DNA of 62,726 bases, filler included, from Vannella sp. (GCA_023345925.1; 6 parts of 6 records of this genome joined end to end with filler, not necessarily neighbours in it); one strand, 5' to 3'; shown: positions 1 through 12,552, counted from the first letter of the whole stretch. Program-made: numbers and translations. The notes: generated by a model not told the origin, from the sequence alone.

Positions 1-177
1 TCATTGGTAAAGGTCCCGATCGAATTTAGAGATACTTTTCAACCATGGCCAGGGGACGTGGTTGATCTGGGCCGTGAACTTTCTCAAATCCCTCGGGAAA
101 CAAAGGAAGCTTCCCTTCAGCAAATTTGCACCGAGGGTTCAAAAGAGGATCCGAAAGCGAAAACAGTCATTTTCATA

Positions 178-2241
178 ATGGCCATTCCGCCTGGGGCGAG
201 GGAGCAAGCGAAGGCTCAATTGTGCGTGGGAAGGAGAGGAAGGATTCAGGGTGCTTACGATGGGTTACAGGGAAACGTTGATTCAGGTGGTAGCGCAAAG
301 CGCAGCCTCCTACGACCCGAAGGTGTTGTCGATCAAGGTGGAGGAACAGATCTACAACACCGCAGTCTCCGCCCCGGTAGGTCTCGTCTTACGAGGAGGG
401 AGGGATACATGCTAAGCTCGATACACTAGGAACCGTTTGAACAATACAAGAAGATCTTCGAGGCCAAGTGCAAGATCCTGCGGGAGAAGGCCCTCAATCT
501 GAGTGCACAACAGCAACAGCCACGGCCTGGGGGAGTACCATACGGGAAGCCTCCTTCTATTCCCACCTCAGGACCTCCCATTCCCTTCGTTGGACGTCAT
601 GCGGGAGGGAGCTATCAGGCGGGTAGGTTTCATCCAGTGGGGAGAGATCACTCTAACTGTTCACCAGTGGGTATGAACCCGCCCCATTCCTCAACAAAGC
701 CTCCTTCTGTACCTCAAAGGCCACCATCAAATGGAGTACCCATTAACTGGAACCAAAAGGTGACTTGACACTATCAGTTTCCGTGTTCTTGCTCTTGCTC
801 ACTGGTTCGTGTTCAGATTAAAGAATGGAACAGCCTACTGCCTCAATTGAAAGCTCTTCAAAAGAGGTACCCAGAGGATGCAAATGGTCTCCGAAACCGA
901 CAGCAACTCGAAAAGATTGTGAGCGTTCTTTCCTTTACCGCCTTTCTATGGTAACCAATTGGATTAGATTGAAGTTATAACAGGCAAGATCCGCCCTGAG
1001 AGTGAGGTTGACCTTCAAAGGATCAACAACGCGCTGGAAGCCTTAAAACAGAAAACGTCTGCAGCTGCAGCTGGGAGAGCCGCTCAAGTGAACCCTTATA
1101 ATCCTTCTTTGGCACATCGAATCACAGGAAGTAAACCGGGCGAGCTTCCTTCTCGGACCCTTCCCATCCAAAGACCGACACCAAATCAGACAATGACAAA
1201 TCCTTTGGCCCTTAAGAGGGAGCCCGGACCCCCAAATGCACCAAGCGTTATGGCTAGTGGATCTCTGCAGAGACCTTCTATTACCCTGCAGCGACCAGGT
1301 GGTGGCCCTCCCACAGTAAAAGAGGAAAAAGGCGTTCCACCGAAAATGACTCCGAATAACAACGTCAAGATCGCTCTAGAAAAGTTCACCGAAAATCTGT
1401 GCTCTTCTGATCGTAAGTAGATGCTCCTACTGTCCTCTCTATTGGTAAACTAACCTTGGGAGTCTCAGACTCCCGGAATCTGTCTCCCATCTTAAACCAA
1501 TTGTTTGCCATTCAGGAATACGGAACACAAGGCCCTCCCAATCCTTCTATCTTCTCAGGACAAGATAGTTCCAATAGCGGGAATTGGTGGGACGAGTCCG
1601 GAAAGAGTGTCTCGCTTGGGAAACGCTCTCTTCAAGAGGAATCCCAGGAGGACGAACCGCCATTGAAGAAAGCCAAGAGAGAGATCAAGTCAGAAGAGGA
1701 CCTGATAGCCGAGGCCGACCTGAAGAGATTCTGGGGCAAAATGGACCCTCTTTTCGCTCTGCAGCTGGACTCTGTTTCTGAAACCTACTTGGACCTTCTG
1801 ATGGTGCAAAGAGACCAAGTCAACTTGGAAGTGAGCCAGATTGAAGGAATGACGACTTCTGTTCGAACAGACTCAGACGCCTTTGTTCTCCGCGTGGGCC
1901 TCTCGCCGAGTAAGTTCACCAACTTGTAAAGCACGCGTTCCCTCCCTTACACACAACAGACCTTCCCAATGGGACACGTCTCCCTCCAGTAGAAGTGATT
2001 ATTCCCCTCCATTATCCCGAAGAGCAAGCAGAGTACCTCTTCGACCCTCAATACGGTACCACCCCTCACCTAAACAAAGAAAACTCCTTCTAACACATTC
2101 TCAGAGCGACTAGAGTACCTAAAAAGCATCCAAAAGGCATTTGAAGCGAAGGTTTTGCTGTCCTCTGAGGCCCCTTCGATTCTCTCCTTTGCCAGTTACC
2201 TTCAGCAAGTCACAAAAGACTTTTTAGAGCTAGCTCATTGA
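178..2241 (+). CDS. MED15: Mediator subunit 15-like protein (multi-exon)
   Basis: Manual splicing (introns 222-270, 377-429 and others) gives a KIX-like N-terminus (ETLIQVVAQ...KVEEQIYNTA...QYKKIFEAK), a Q/P-rich linker and a middle helical block (LQKINNALEALKQK). The C-terminus (DLPNGTRLPPVEVIIPLHYPEEQAEYLFDPQY...LKSIQKAF) resembles the Med15 C-terminal domain. Stop TGA at 2239-2241. Confidence 0.65.
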
Positions 2242-2682
2242 GTGAGAAAAATACCATAAAAGGCAAGCGAAACAGTGGGTGATAATCAGGGCTTTTCCCC
2301 TTCAGATCTGCTTTTCAGACACAGATCAGACTTTAGACTCAGATCGGCAAGATCTCACTTTCTAGAGACAGAAAAAGCGTTCTCCTGCAAAAGCAAAAGT
2401 ATCTAGATACTTCGCTGGCGCCCTAAAAACTGGATTTGAAGCCCGCCCGCTGTCATCGACATTTCGTACCTTCTTGAATTCGATGTCAAAAAGTGCAGAC
2501 CGACTGTCATCAAGCACGGAAGGGATGTTAATGGGAGCCACTGGGCTGCACTTTTCTCGATCTCATTCTTTGAAACCCGATCTACGGCCGAATAGTGCCG
2601 ATATCCAGCCAGCAATAGCTTTGAAAACAGTCATTGGGGCTTCCTCCTCTCCCACGGAAGAGCTCCCATTTGCCATTCCTTC

Positions 2683-3938
2683 ATGCGCCTTTGCTTTTGG
2701 CTGTTTCTGGCGGTCGCCATTCGGGCGAGCCCTTTGACGGTTGTGAGGAACTGTAAGAGGGCCTTGTGGTGTTGGAGGGATTCTGATGGGTGGGGTAAGG
2801 TGAGCTGTACGATCCTTCGCCGCAGGGAGCGCGGGACATCCTGTTGGGGGGGACGAAGATCCTCGGCGTGTATCCGCCTTCCAGTGTGGGCCTACCTTCT
2901 GGGCTTGTGACAGTGATCAATGCTACGGGAAAGCTTTGTGTTCCTGGCTTGATTGACCCGCATGTGCACGTGAGTGGAGGGGGAGGTGAGATAGGACCGG
3001 ATAGCCGCACTCCCAACGCACAGCTATCCCAAATACTTGACTCTGGTATCACAAGCTTTGTTGGCATCAGAGGGACTGATGGTGTAACGCGCTCTGGCGA
3101 GAACTTGCTTCAATTCCTCCTCTCCTTTGAGCAAATGGGCCTCAGCACATGGATGTGGACTGGCTCGTACCAGATGCCAGTGGATACACTCTTCTCTAGT
3201 GTAGAACGTGACATCATCCTCATCGAGAAGATCGTTGGGGCAGGAGAGATCGCGATTTCCGACCACCGAGGCAGTTGGCCTTCGTTCCAGCAGCTGGTGG
3301 AGCTCGTCAGTAGCTGTCGAAGAGGAGGAATGCTCTCTGGCAAAGCAGGAATCGCTTACTTTCACGTGGGCGATGGCCCCACCATGCTGGACCCGCTTTG
3401 GGAGATCGTCAATAAGACGACCATCCCCATCACTCAAATGTATCCAACGCACGTCTCCAGCCGTGGTGCACGGCTTGTCAAGGAAGGAGCTCGTTGGGTA
3501 GAAGCCGGTGGATTTGTTGATTTTACTGCCGATGCTCCTGGAGAGGATGAAACGACCGCTGCCTTGAACATCTATCGTAGTAGAGGGGTGGATCTCTCTC
3601 ATGTGACACTTTCCTCGGACAGTTACGGGTCTCTTCCGGAGTATGACCAATCTGGCACTGTTATAGGGTATGGAGTGGCTTCGCCTATGAACCTCATCCA
3701 GCAACTGCGGACTCTGGTTCTGAATGACAATTGGCCTTTGGACTTGGCGTGGGCGCTTGCTACGTCGAACACGGCGTCTTATCTCCAGATCCCTGGGAAA
3801 GGGCAAATCATTGCTGGGAACGACGGCGACCTTCTCGTCCTCGATCCTATCGATTTGTCCATTTCCTTCCTGTTTGCTAATGGTGCTCTCTTGAAAAGCC
3901 CCACCAACACGACCACAGCCATGTTCCCTTGTATGTAG
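2683..3938 (+). CDS. iadA: Isoaspartyl dipeptidase (beta-aspartyl peptidase, amidohydrolase family) with N-terminal signal peptide; one intron 2753-2799
   Basis: Motifs PGLIDPHVH, GGGGE, TGSY, GEIAISDHRGS, FHVG, PTHV and SSDSYGSLP. Splicing restores the IadA-like start LTVVRNCELYDPSPQGARDILLGGTKI. Confidence 0.9.
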
Positions 3939-4283
3939 GATTCCGATAAATCTCGCTTTCCAGCCCACTTTCGAAGCAGCCCTACTCTCCTCCATCCGTT
4001 AAGCCCTAATATCCTCTCCCAGCAACCGCTTGATCTTCTCCTGCACCAAGATGTTGAGAGTCCATGCGCCAGGTGACGGAGTCTCCAGAAACGCACGAAA
4101 AGTGGAAAAAATGAAATCTTAAATTATTCCAATCGGAACCCTTCGCCAGCAATTTGAGGGCGGTTGCCGTGGATTCTCTTTGGTGACAAAAATGTCACAA
4201 TAACGTAATAATGACAATGACGTAATAATGACGGACCGAAAATTATTCGTCCGAAGGCGCATTCTGTTGTTGTCCTCTAAGTG

Positions 4284-5732
4284 ATGCTATCTCGTGTCGC
4301 TGCCTCTTCTGAATCTCTGATTCGTGCAAGCACGAGAAGTGCGTGTGCACTCCCTCCGTTTGCGTTCAAGCCACCCAAATACACTGGACCCAGCAAGGAA
4401 GAAGTTTTGAAGAAGCGCCATCGATACCTGAACCCCGCCATGTTCCTTCTGTACAAAGAACCTATCATGGTGACTGACGCTAAGATGCAGTACATGTATG
4501 ACGAGACTGGCAAGCGTTACCTCGACCTCTTCGGAGGCATTACGACCATTTCCGCCGGCCATTGCCACCCTGAGGTGGTTCAAGCTGCTCAAGAGCAGAC
4601 AGCCAAGGTAACCCACACTACGACCATCTACCTGAACAACCAAATCGCCGAGTACGCGGAGGAACTCGCCAAAAAGCTCCCCGAAGGAGTCGACGTCCTC
4701 TATTTTACCAACTCTGGCTCCGAGTCTAACGACTTGGCCATGCTCATGGCTCGCGCCTACACGGAGAACTTCGACTTCCTCGCTCTCCGTAACGGCTACC
4801 ACGGAATGAGCATGACAATGATGGGAGTCACCGCTCTCCACACTTGGAAGTACGCTGTTCCTCAAGGTAAGGTTCCCAACCTGTTCTCAAACATGTGAAA
4901 GGTCCATTCTCATGTTTCTACAGGCTTTGGCGTGAAGCACGTCCAGAACCCCAACCAATACCGTGGTCCCTACGGCTATGACGACCCTGATGCGGCTCAC
5001 AAGTACGCTAACGATGTCAAGGATACCATCCTCCACTCTTGCTCTGGTCGTGTGGCTGGGTTCATCGCTGAGGGCATCCAGGGAGTCGGAGGCACCGTTG
5101 TCCTTCCCCAAGGTTATCTCAAGGAGGCCTACGAGCACGTCCGAGCTGCAGGAGGTATCTGCATCTCTGATGAGGTACAAACTGGCTTTGGTCGCCTCGG
5201 ATCCCACTTCTGGGGCTGCGACTTGAACGGGGTCAAACCTGACATCATCACCATGGCCAAGAGCATCGGTAACGGAGCTCCTCTCTCTGCTGTGGCTACC
5301 ACTCGCGAAGTGGCCGAATCCTTGAAGGGAAAGCTCCACTTCAACACCTTCGGAGGCAACCCCGTCTCGATGGCCATCGGCCGAGCGGTCCTTCGCGTCA
5401 TTGAGAACGACAAGCTTCAACAGAACTGTCAAGAGCGTGGAGACCAGTTCCTCGCGGGTCTGCACAAGCTCAAGGACAAGTACGACATCATTGGCGACGT
5501 CCGCGGCAAAGGCTTGATGCTCGGTGTAGAGTTCGTGAAGGATCGCCAGACAAAGGAGCCAGCCACAGAGGATCTTCTGCGCTTCTTTGAGTACGCCAAG
5601 GACCATCAAATCCTCTTCGGCAAGGGTGGACTTTACGGCAACGCTCTTCGAATCAAGCCTCCCATGTGTCTCACCGCTGCTGATGTCGATTACGCCCTTG
5701 AGGTGATGGACGCCGGCTTAGCCAAGCTCTAA
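4284..5732 (+). CDS. AGXT2: Alanine-glyoxylate aminotransferase 2, mitochondrial (class III aminotransferase); intron 4867-4923
   Basis: Motifs [42 protein letters not shown] (PLP Lys) and FNTFGGNP. The Arg/Ser-rich N-terminus is presequence-like. Confidence 0.93.
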
Positions 5733-5805
5733 AGCCACAGCAATGCTCAAAACAGAAGAATAGAAACAATTTAGAGCACATCCTTCCTTTCCCTTTCCTC
5801 CCTCT

Positions 5806-8800
5806 TTAGAAGAAATGGACTTTCTTCTTCTTTTGGGTGCGTTTCCACGAGGGCATGGCCCAAAAGGCCTCTTTCGTCATACCAAACTTCTCCTCAAAGA
5901 TAGAGTCCGGCAAGTATTTCTAGGAATGGTCAGAACGCATCCACATTCGCATCAACGCGGGGAACTTACCTCGAGGTGCTTGTTGTCCAAGCCTTTGGGC
6001 TTCTCTTTGGCTGTGAGCTCTTCCCAAGAGTATTCGCGGTCGTAGTCTTTGAGCTTGTCAGACACCAACTCCATGCCGCCGGCAGCTCCCGCCCGTTTCT
6101 TTCCGTCATCCCAAGAAGAGAACAGAGCAATGAAGGAGTGGACTTCTTGGCCAGCAGCGACAATGTAAATGGGAGTGTTCTGCAGGCGCCCATCGAATGC
6201 AGTACGAACGTATTCAGTGGCGGTCTCCATCGCCTTCTTTTTGGTGTCTTCTGGGATACGAGCACCAGTCCAGACGTATACTTCGCTGATGACATCAACA
6301 ATGATAGCCACAGAGGGATCTAAATCCTGGTGCCCCACCTCCCAAGCGGGCTCTGCCTTAAAGTCCCCGCCAATGCCAGTGCAAAGATAGAATCGCGGCT
6401 CCCAATCCTTGCGTTTGAGGAAGTTGGCGTTTCCGTACTCTGTCGCTTTGCCGTTGGAACAGCCGATGCGTTTCCAGAATGACTTAGTTTCAGAGCCTTC
6501 GAAGATGACTTTGCTCTTCCGGCTTCCCACCATGGATGCTGCCAGTTGGGTAGCAGCTTGTCGAGAAGATTCTCGGACTCCCACACCTTGCCAGATAGTT
6601 TGCTTGTCAGAGGTTTGAATGATGAAGGTGTCCCGTGAGTTCAGAAGGTCTGCTTGAAGAGGGATTTCCAGGGCACGAAGATAAACATCATCGTGGACTG
6701 TCCGCAGCCGATAGAGTCTGGCTGACTTGAATGAAGCAAATTCAGCCTTTTTGCCCTTGTGGACAGTCATCCTGCCCTTGAATAGTAACTGGAATTGGTA
6801 AGGTTCAGCTCCTGGAGTGACTCGTTCACTCATTGGTTCGGCGCCCTTCTCTTTTCGCACTTTGCCTTGGATATCTTTGACTAACAGGGCCGTGAGTCCC
6901 TTATCTTGCTTTGTAGCATCCAATCCCTGCCAGAAGTAAATGTGATAGCGCAAAGCGTTGCCTTTGGAGTGCGTATAGAGAATGACGTAAGACTCTGCAG
7001 AATAGAATTGTCCCTTTTGGACATCAGTCTCCGGCTGGAGGACTCCATCTACGTTGATCCAAGCCTCGATTGTGCCAACTATACCGTCACCAAGGAGTTC
7101 TATTTCTGGGCGAACGGCCGTGTGAAGTTTGTTCACGTCAATGACCACTTCTTTCTCGTCTTTCTTGATGCGTCCCATCAGCATGCTTCGCTTGCGAGTA
7201 AGTAGTTTGGACTGGCTGCCAGATGCTGCTGGCCCACTTCGAGCTGCTCCACTTCCGGCCATCCCTGGGATGACATCTGGCCAAGAAGTGAACTTCTCAC
7301 GGAAGAGGATCTCTTCACCGCCTTCCACATTCCGAGCAAAGTGTGTCCATTCGGGACGACCCTCCAGATAGACAATGCGAGCGTGTTCCATGGCCCAAGT
7401 GCGAGCAGAGTTCGCTGAGCCCTTTCCAATCCAAACAAAAATCTCGCTTCCAGCATCCATCACAAAGCAGGCATCCGTGGTGAGAATCTCTCGAGTAAGC
7501 CGCTTAGCATCAACCTCTGTCAAAGTCCATTCCTCTGCTCCACCATCTTCGTTTTTCTCGACTCGGAGGAGCTTCACAGCGTTATCACAGTCCCGCTCAA
7601 AGTCAATGTCGTTTCCACCGTCATCTGCAGACTTCACGTCGGCCCAAGCTCCCTTCAGTTGTGCCCAGAACTCTGGCGCATCATCAGCAGCCTCCACGCG
7701 AACGATTGCTGCGCCCTTCCGGTCTTGGTCGCGGAAGCGAAGTGATATTTCGGCACCCTTTGCCTTCTCCATTCGATTTGCCTTGGCGCCATTGAAAACG
7801 TACAGTTTGTGCGCTTTCTTATCATCCAGAATGAAGGTGTCACCATGATTGAGCTCAGTAACAACCGGCTGGACCAAATGAATGCGAACGCGGCGCTTTC
7901 CTTTCAACTTAATCAGTTTCAGATCAGGTTCAGGGCGCTTCGCAGCAGTCTTCTTCAAACTTCCGAGGGCGTCTTGGATAGCGGCTGCCTTTTCTCTCTC
8001 CATTTCCTTGCGCTTTGCTACTTCACGCTCCTCCTCTTCTCGAGCAGTACGAGCGGCATAATCCTCTTCTGCCTTGGCGGCAGATTCAGCAGCTTCCGCA
8101 GCATCAAGAGCTTGACGCTCTTCGGGAGTCATTTGAGCTAGTCGTGCCTCTTCCTCCTCCAGAAGCCGCATGTTGTCTTCTCTTCGTCTGGCGATTTCAG
8201 CTGCTTGCTTCTCCCGTCGCTCCTCAGCTTCTGCAAGGCGACTTGCAGCTGTGGAGGCAATCCGGTTGCTTCCACCTTTTCGGGAAGGAAGACGGCGCCC
8301 GGTAACTCCCATAGCCCGGTTGGCAAGAACTGCATGACCGCTTGGTTCATCCCCAGTAGATTCGGGCTCCTCATCCTCTTGGTTTTGAGGAGAGCCAGGG
8401 GAAACCTCCCGTTCGCTTGAAGGCTCCACCTCGACAGGACTCTCGCTATTAATATCACTGGAGGATTCTGGTGTGTTTCGCGCAATAACTTCGACCTGGG
8501 CATCCTGCTTGGCCGTGGTCTCAGCACGCTCCTTTACTGCATTCTCAGCCACTCGCGCACTCTCAATGCAAGCAGCTTCTTCGCGTCGAAGAGACTCTGC
8601 CTTTTCTTCAGCCACTCGAAGATTCTCTTTCTCTGCGGCTTTGGCTGCCTTTTGGTCCTCCGCATCCTTTGCGGCAGCTTCTTCCTTGAGATTTGCATGA
8701 GCTTGGCGCTCAGCTTCTTCCCGAGCCTTGTTGTCAGCATCCTGCTGGGCCTTCTCTTCAGCTCTCTCCTTAGCAGCCTGTTCAAGAGCTTCCTCCTCAG

Positions 8801-11800
8801 TAGCCTGCTTTGCTTGAGCATCAGCCCTTTCCTCACCAGCACTCTCTTCGTTGGCAATTTTGAGTTGACTAGCCTCCTCCCGATCTTTGTCTTCTGCATC
8901 TTGCTTGGCCTTCGCCTCCGCTCTTTCCTTAGCAGCACTCTCTTCATTGGCAATTTTGAGTTGAAGAGCTTCCTCTTCAGCAGCCTGCTTGGCTTGAGCA
9001 TCGGCTCTTTCCTTAGCAGCACTCTCTTCGTTGGCAATTTTGAGTTGACGAGCCTCTTCCTGATCCTTTTCTTCTGCATCCTGCTTGGCCTTCGCCTCCG
9101 CTCTTTCCTTGGCAGCACTCTCTTCATTGGCAATTTTGAGCTGACGAGCCTCGTCTTCAGCCTGCTTGACTTTAGCCTCAGCGCTTAGCTTAGCAGCACT
9201 CTCTTCATTAGCAACCTCAAGTTGACGTGCCTCTTCGATGACAGCTACCGAAGCACCCGCTCCCTTTGCAAGTGATGTACTTTCTTCAGGCACAGAAGCA
9301 GAGGGTGATGGTTGTTCTGGCTCTTGTGGTGAGACATCCACTCCCTTCGAAACCGGCTCCTCCACAGTAACTAATGGAGTCTGTTCAAGTTCTTTGGGCT
9401 TCGAAAGGGCGGCAGGCTTCTTTCCAGAAAGCACCGCAGTTTCTTCTTGTGCCTTTTCATCCAGCTGTTGGAACATGGCCATTCGGGAACGAATGTTCCC
9501 TTTTGAAGAGCTGCCAGAGTCAGAGAGTACTGTTGGTTTGGTTGCAGGTACCTCCACAGAGGCAGCTTCACGAGTGGCTACTGGGGATGCCATAAAAACG
9601 GAAGAAGGGCGAGCTGGAGAGGCAGCTGGAGATGTCACTGGGGATGTAACAGCGTCCAGCTTCTTCCCAAACATGCTGACAGGGCGCGGGTTGCGAGCAA
9701 CTGGTGCTGGCTCCTCTGAAGGTTGCTCAAAGATACTGAGCCGAGCCAAAAGGGATGCCTTTGGAGCTCTGGTTGGTTTACCAGCGGGAGCAGCAGCCTC
9801 TTTCTTCTGCTCTTCAGCCTCTTGCTCCGCCAAAAGAGCTCTCTTTCTCTCCTCGATAGTCAACCTTTTGGTGGGAATCTCTTCCGCTGTGGGCTTGCTT
9901 GGAAGAGCCTCCTTGGCCTCACCGGAGGCAGAGACAGTATCTGACTTAGAGACGGATTCAAGCTCCTTCTCAATCGCAATCGGAGCCTGGGGCTCTGGCG
10001 TGGTCACTGCAGGAATCGATTTGGTTCCCACTTTTTTGACTTCGGCTTCTTCAAACTTGGGTCGACGGCTTTCTCCATCTTCTTTTCGTGGTGCAGCAAG
10101 AACAACCTCAGCAGAAGGGGCAGCTTCCACCTCCTTCTTTTCCAACACTCCACTCAGGAGACTCACTTCCTTCTCCTTCACAGACTCGGTAACTGGCAGA
10201 GTCACTTCCTTCTCCTTCACTGACTCAGCAACTGGCAGAGTCACTTCCTTCTCCTTTGCCTCAGCAACTGGGAGAGTCGCTTCCTTCTCCTTTGCCTCAG
10301 CAACTGGCAGAGTCACTTCCTTCTCCTTTGCCTCAGCAACTGGGAGAGTCGCTTCCTTTTCTGTGGTCTCTGCTTCAGCACTGACGTCATCAACATCGCT
10401 GGCAGGCTCTGAAGCGGTGTCCTGACGAGTGTCTTCGTCCACAAGTGGATCCTCGGCCTCCCGCGGCGTTCCAGTCTCTGAGCTGTTTGCAGAAGAGGGG
10501 TCGTCCTTCTGGGTGAGATCGGAGGTCGAGTTGGTGAGTTGGGACAGCTTCGACTTGGACTTGGCCGCCTTCTTGTCCGCTCGGGTCTCCCCCTTGGAAG
10601 AGGACCTGGAGCGGCTCAGTTTGCTCTTGGGGCTGGCCGTTGGGCTGTCTCCCTCCTCGCCGGTGGAGAGGTCTCCGTCTGACTTGGATTGGAAGGTCCC
10701 GTCGAGGTCGCCACGCTTCTCCTTCTTCTTGCCAATCGTTCCCACTTTGCTGAAGATGGACAACCGCTTGGCACCTTCCGTTGCTCCTCGAGCGCGCGTG
10801 GGTCTCTCACTGGTTCCAGGTGTCTCAACGACAGGTAGCTCATCAGGGTAGGTGACAGGGTGCTCGCTGTAGTACGCAATCGTTTGCTTGAAGAGAGTAA
10901 CCCACTCGGCTCTCTGGCTCTCAGACGCCACTTCAAGATCGAACGTGACAGAGGGAGACACCAGAGAGAAGTAGCACTCCTCCTTCATACTCTTGCCGTG
11001 GCGCCTCAAAGTGGCCGTAGAACGTCCCACCAAGACCTCAGAGAGCTTCCCAATGGGGATGTGGTCGCGCTCGTCTCGATTCCGCTTGGCGTCCTTGGAG
11101 AGGAGTCGCATTGTCTTGTGGTCGAGGTACACTAACCGACTGCCAGTCTTACCCTTGCGAGAGTACTTGGTAAAGACTCCTCCAGAGCAGAGAGCAATCC
11201 ATAGGGAGTCCTCGAACTCCTCCGGTGAGATGATGGGGATGGCCCAGTCACTGTCAAAGGGGTTGCCTTCGGTGCTGAAGAGGGACAAGTGCTCAATCAC
11301 CTCGTTTAGCTCGCTGGGGAGCGAAGCAATCTTGTTGTGGTCCACATGCAGTTCCTTGAGGTCCACGAGCTCTTGAAGGGATGGAGGAAGAGCTTCGAGT
11401 TGATTGTAAGAGAGCTTAAGCATCTCCAGCTGGTCACAGGAGCCCAGTTCATGGGGAATGCAAACCAAAGCGTTCTCTGACGCATTGAACTGTCTAAGCT
11501 CCGTACATCGTCCCAGCTCCACCGGTAGAACTGCCAGGCAGTTCTCTGACACGTCAAGGAGGTTCAGCTCGCTCAGCTGACCCAGTTCAGAGGGGAGCGA
11601 CGACAGGGCGTTGTTGAAGGCGAAGAGCTCAATGAGGGTGCTCAGCCGCCCAATCTCGGGTGGAAGGATTGAAATGGCGTTAGAGGAGATGTTCAGTGAC
11701 GTCAGGGAGCACAGCTCGCCAATCTCAGGAGGGAGAACCTTCAACTTGTTCTCGTACAAGGAGAGAATCGTCAGGGCGCCGAGTTTACCGATGCTGGAAG

Positions 11801-12283
11801 GTAGAGAACCTATTGAGTTCTCTGCCACGTACAAGAGTTGCAGCTGGCTGAGGTTCCCCAGGCTTTCTGGGAGCACTTTGAGTTGGTTGTTTTGGAGAAT
11901 CAGCTTTCGGAGTAGCGTAAGCTCTCCCAGTCCTTCAGGAAGATCTCGGATGTCATTAGACACGCAGTTGAGCTCTGTCAATGCGGGGAGCTTGCAAAGA
12001 CTCGCTGGAAGATCCATCAACTTGTTCTCCTCCACCTTAAGTACTTGAAGGCTCTGGAACCCTGATACTGCTAAGGGCAATGCTGATATCTAATGTTGGT
12101 CAATGACAAGAAAGAGAACGTTGAGGTACAGACCTGGTTCTGGCTGAGAGAGATGTACTCGAGGTCCGGGAACTCTTTGAAAGCATTACGAGGAATCTCC
12201 TTCAGCGAGCAGTTGTCCAACACTAGCCGAGTGCCCCCCGCCTTCTTGCACTCTTGAAGGGCTTTACTAACGTTGTTACCCAT
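5806..12283 (-). CDS. Giant villin/flightless-family actin-binding protein: LRR + PH + charged repeat spacer + gelsolin repeats + villin headpiece (introns 12090-12133, 5920-5969)
   Basis: Start MGNNVS, then about 12 LRRs and a PH domain (FTKYSRKG...TFDLEVASESQRAEWV). Gelsolin motifs include LNHGDTFILD, IFVWIGKGS, IYFWQG and VYVWTG. The spliced last exon KYLPDSIFEEKFGMTKEAFWAMPSWKRTQKKKKVHFF is a headpiece. Confidence 0.9.
8770..9230 (-). repeat. Coding tandem repeat (EEARQLKIANEESAAKERAEAKAKQ-type units, about 5 copies)
   Basis: Near-identical blocks such as agcactctcttcattggcaattttgag recur at about 81-93 nt spacing. Confidence 0.9.
10164..10360 (-). repeat. Coding tandem repeat (EKEA/VTLPVAEAK, 36-39 nt units, about 5 copies)
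   Basis: Repeated tcagcaactgg(c/g)agagtc(a/g)cttccttctcc. Confidence 0.92.
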
Positions 12284-12437
12284 CCAAGACTCGCAACGTC
12301 CAGAGAAATAATGATTCCGGTGTTCCCACCCATAGTATCTTCCGCGCCCAACCAATCATATCATAAACACTCGCAAATTCACATTCAGCTCTTCAAAAGG
12401 AACAGATATTATTTCCACATAATTGTGGATTTTTTTC

Positions 12438-12537
12438 NNNNNNNNNNNNNNNNNNNNNNNNNNNNNNNNNNNNNNNNNNNNTTAATTAATTAANNNNNNN
12501 NNNNNNNNNNNNNNNNNNNNNNNNNNNNNNNNNNNNN
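12438..12537. other. Artificial contig linker
   Basis: N44-TTAATTAATTAA-N44, which places stops in all six frames. Confidence 0.99.
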
Positions 12538-12552
12538 TCTCTGGATGATCAT

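Noticed and set aside
4..429. 141-aa ORF at window start
   Set aside because: It reads through introns of the MED15-like gene. The spliced model from 178 is far more coherent.
2290..2370. cagat/cagac-rich quasi-repeats downstream of MED15-like
   Set aside because: Too short and irregular to support a defined element.
2683..3938. Bacterial contamination as the explanation for iadA (and for the GNAT at 33991)
   Set aside because: Both lie within contigs of intron-containing eukaryotic genes, and iadA has its own intron.
3024..3995. Long antisense ORFs (also 4887-5609, 9238-10425, 18394-19245, 40644-41450, 59211-59933)
   Set aside because: They are shadows of well-supported genes on the opposite strand and carry no motifs of their own.
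12438..12537. Recurrent palindromic TTAATTAATTAA flanked by Ns (five times), and ORFs ending in XXXLIN
   Set aside because: This is an artificial concatenation linker. Adjacency across linkers has no biological meaning.
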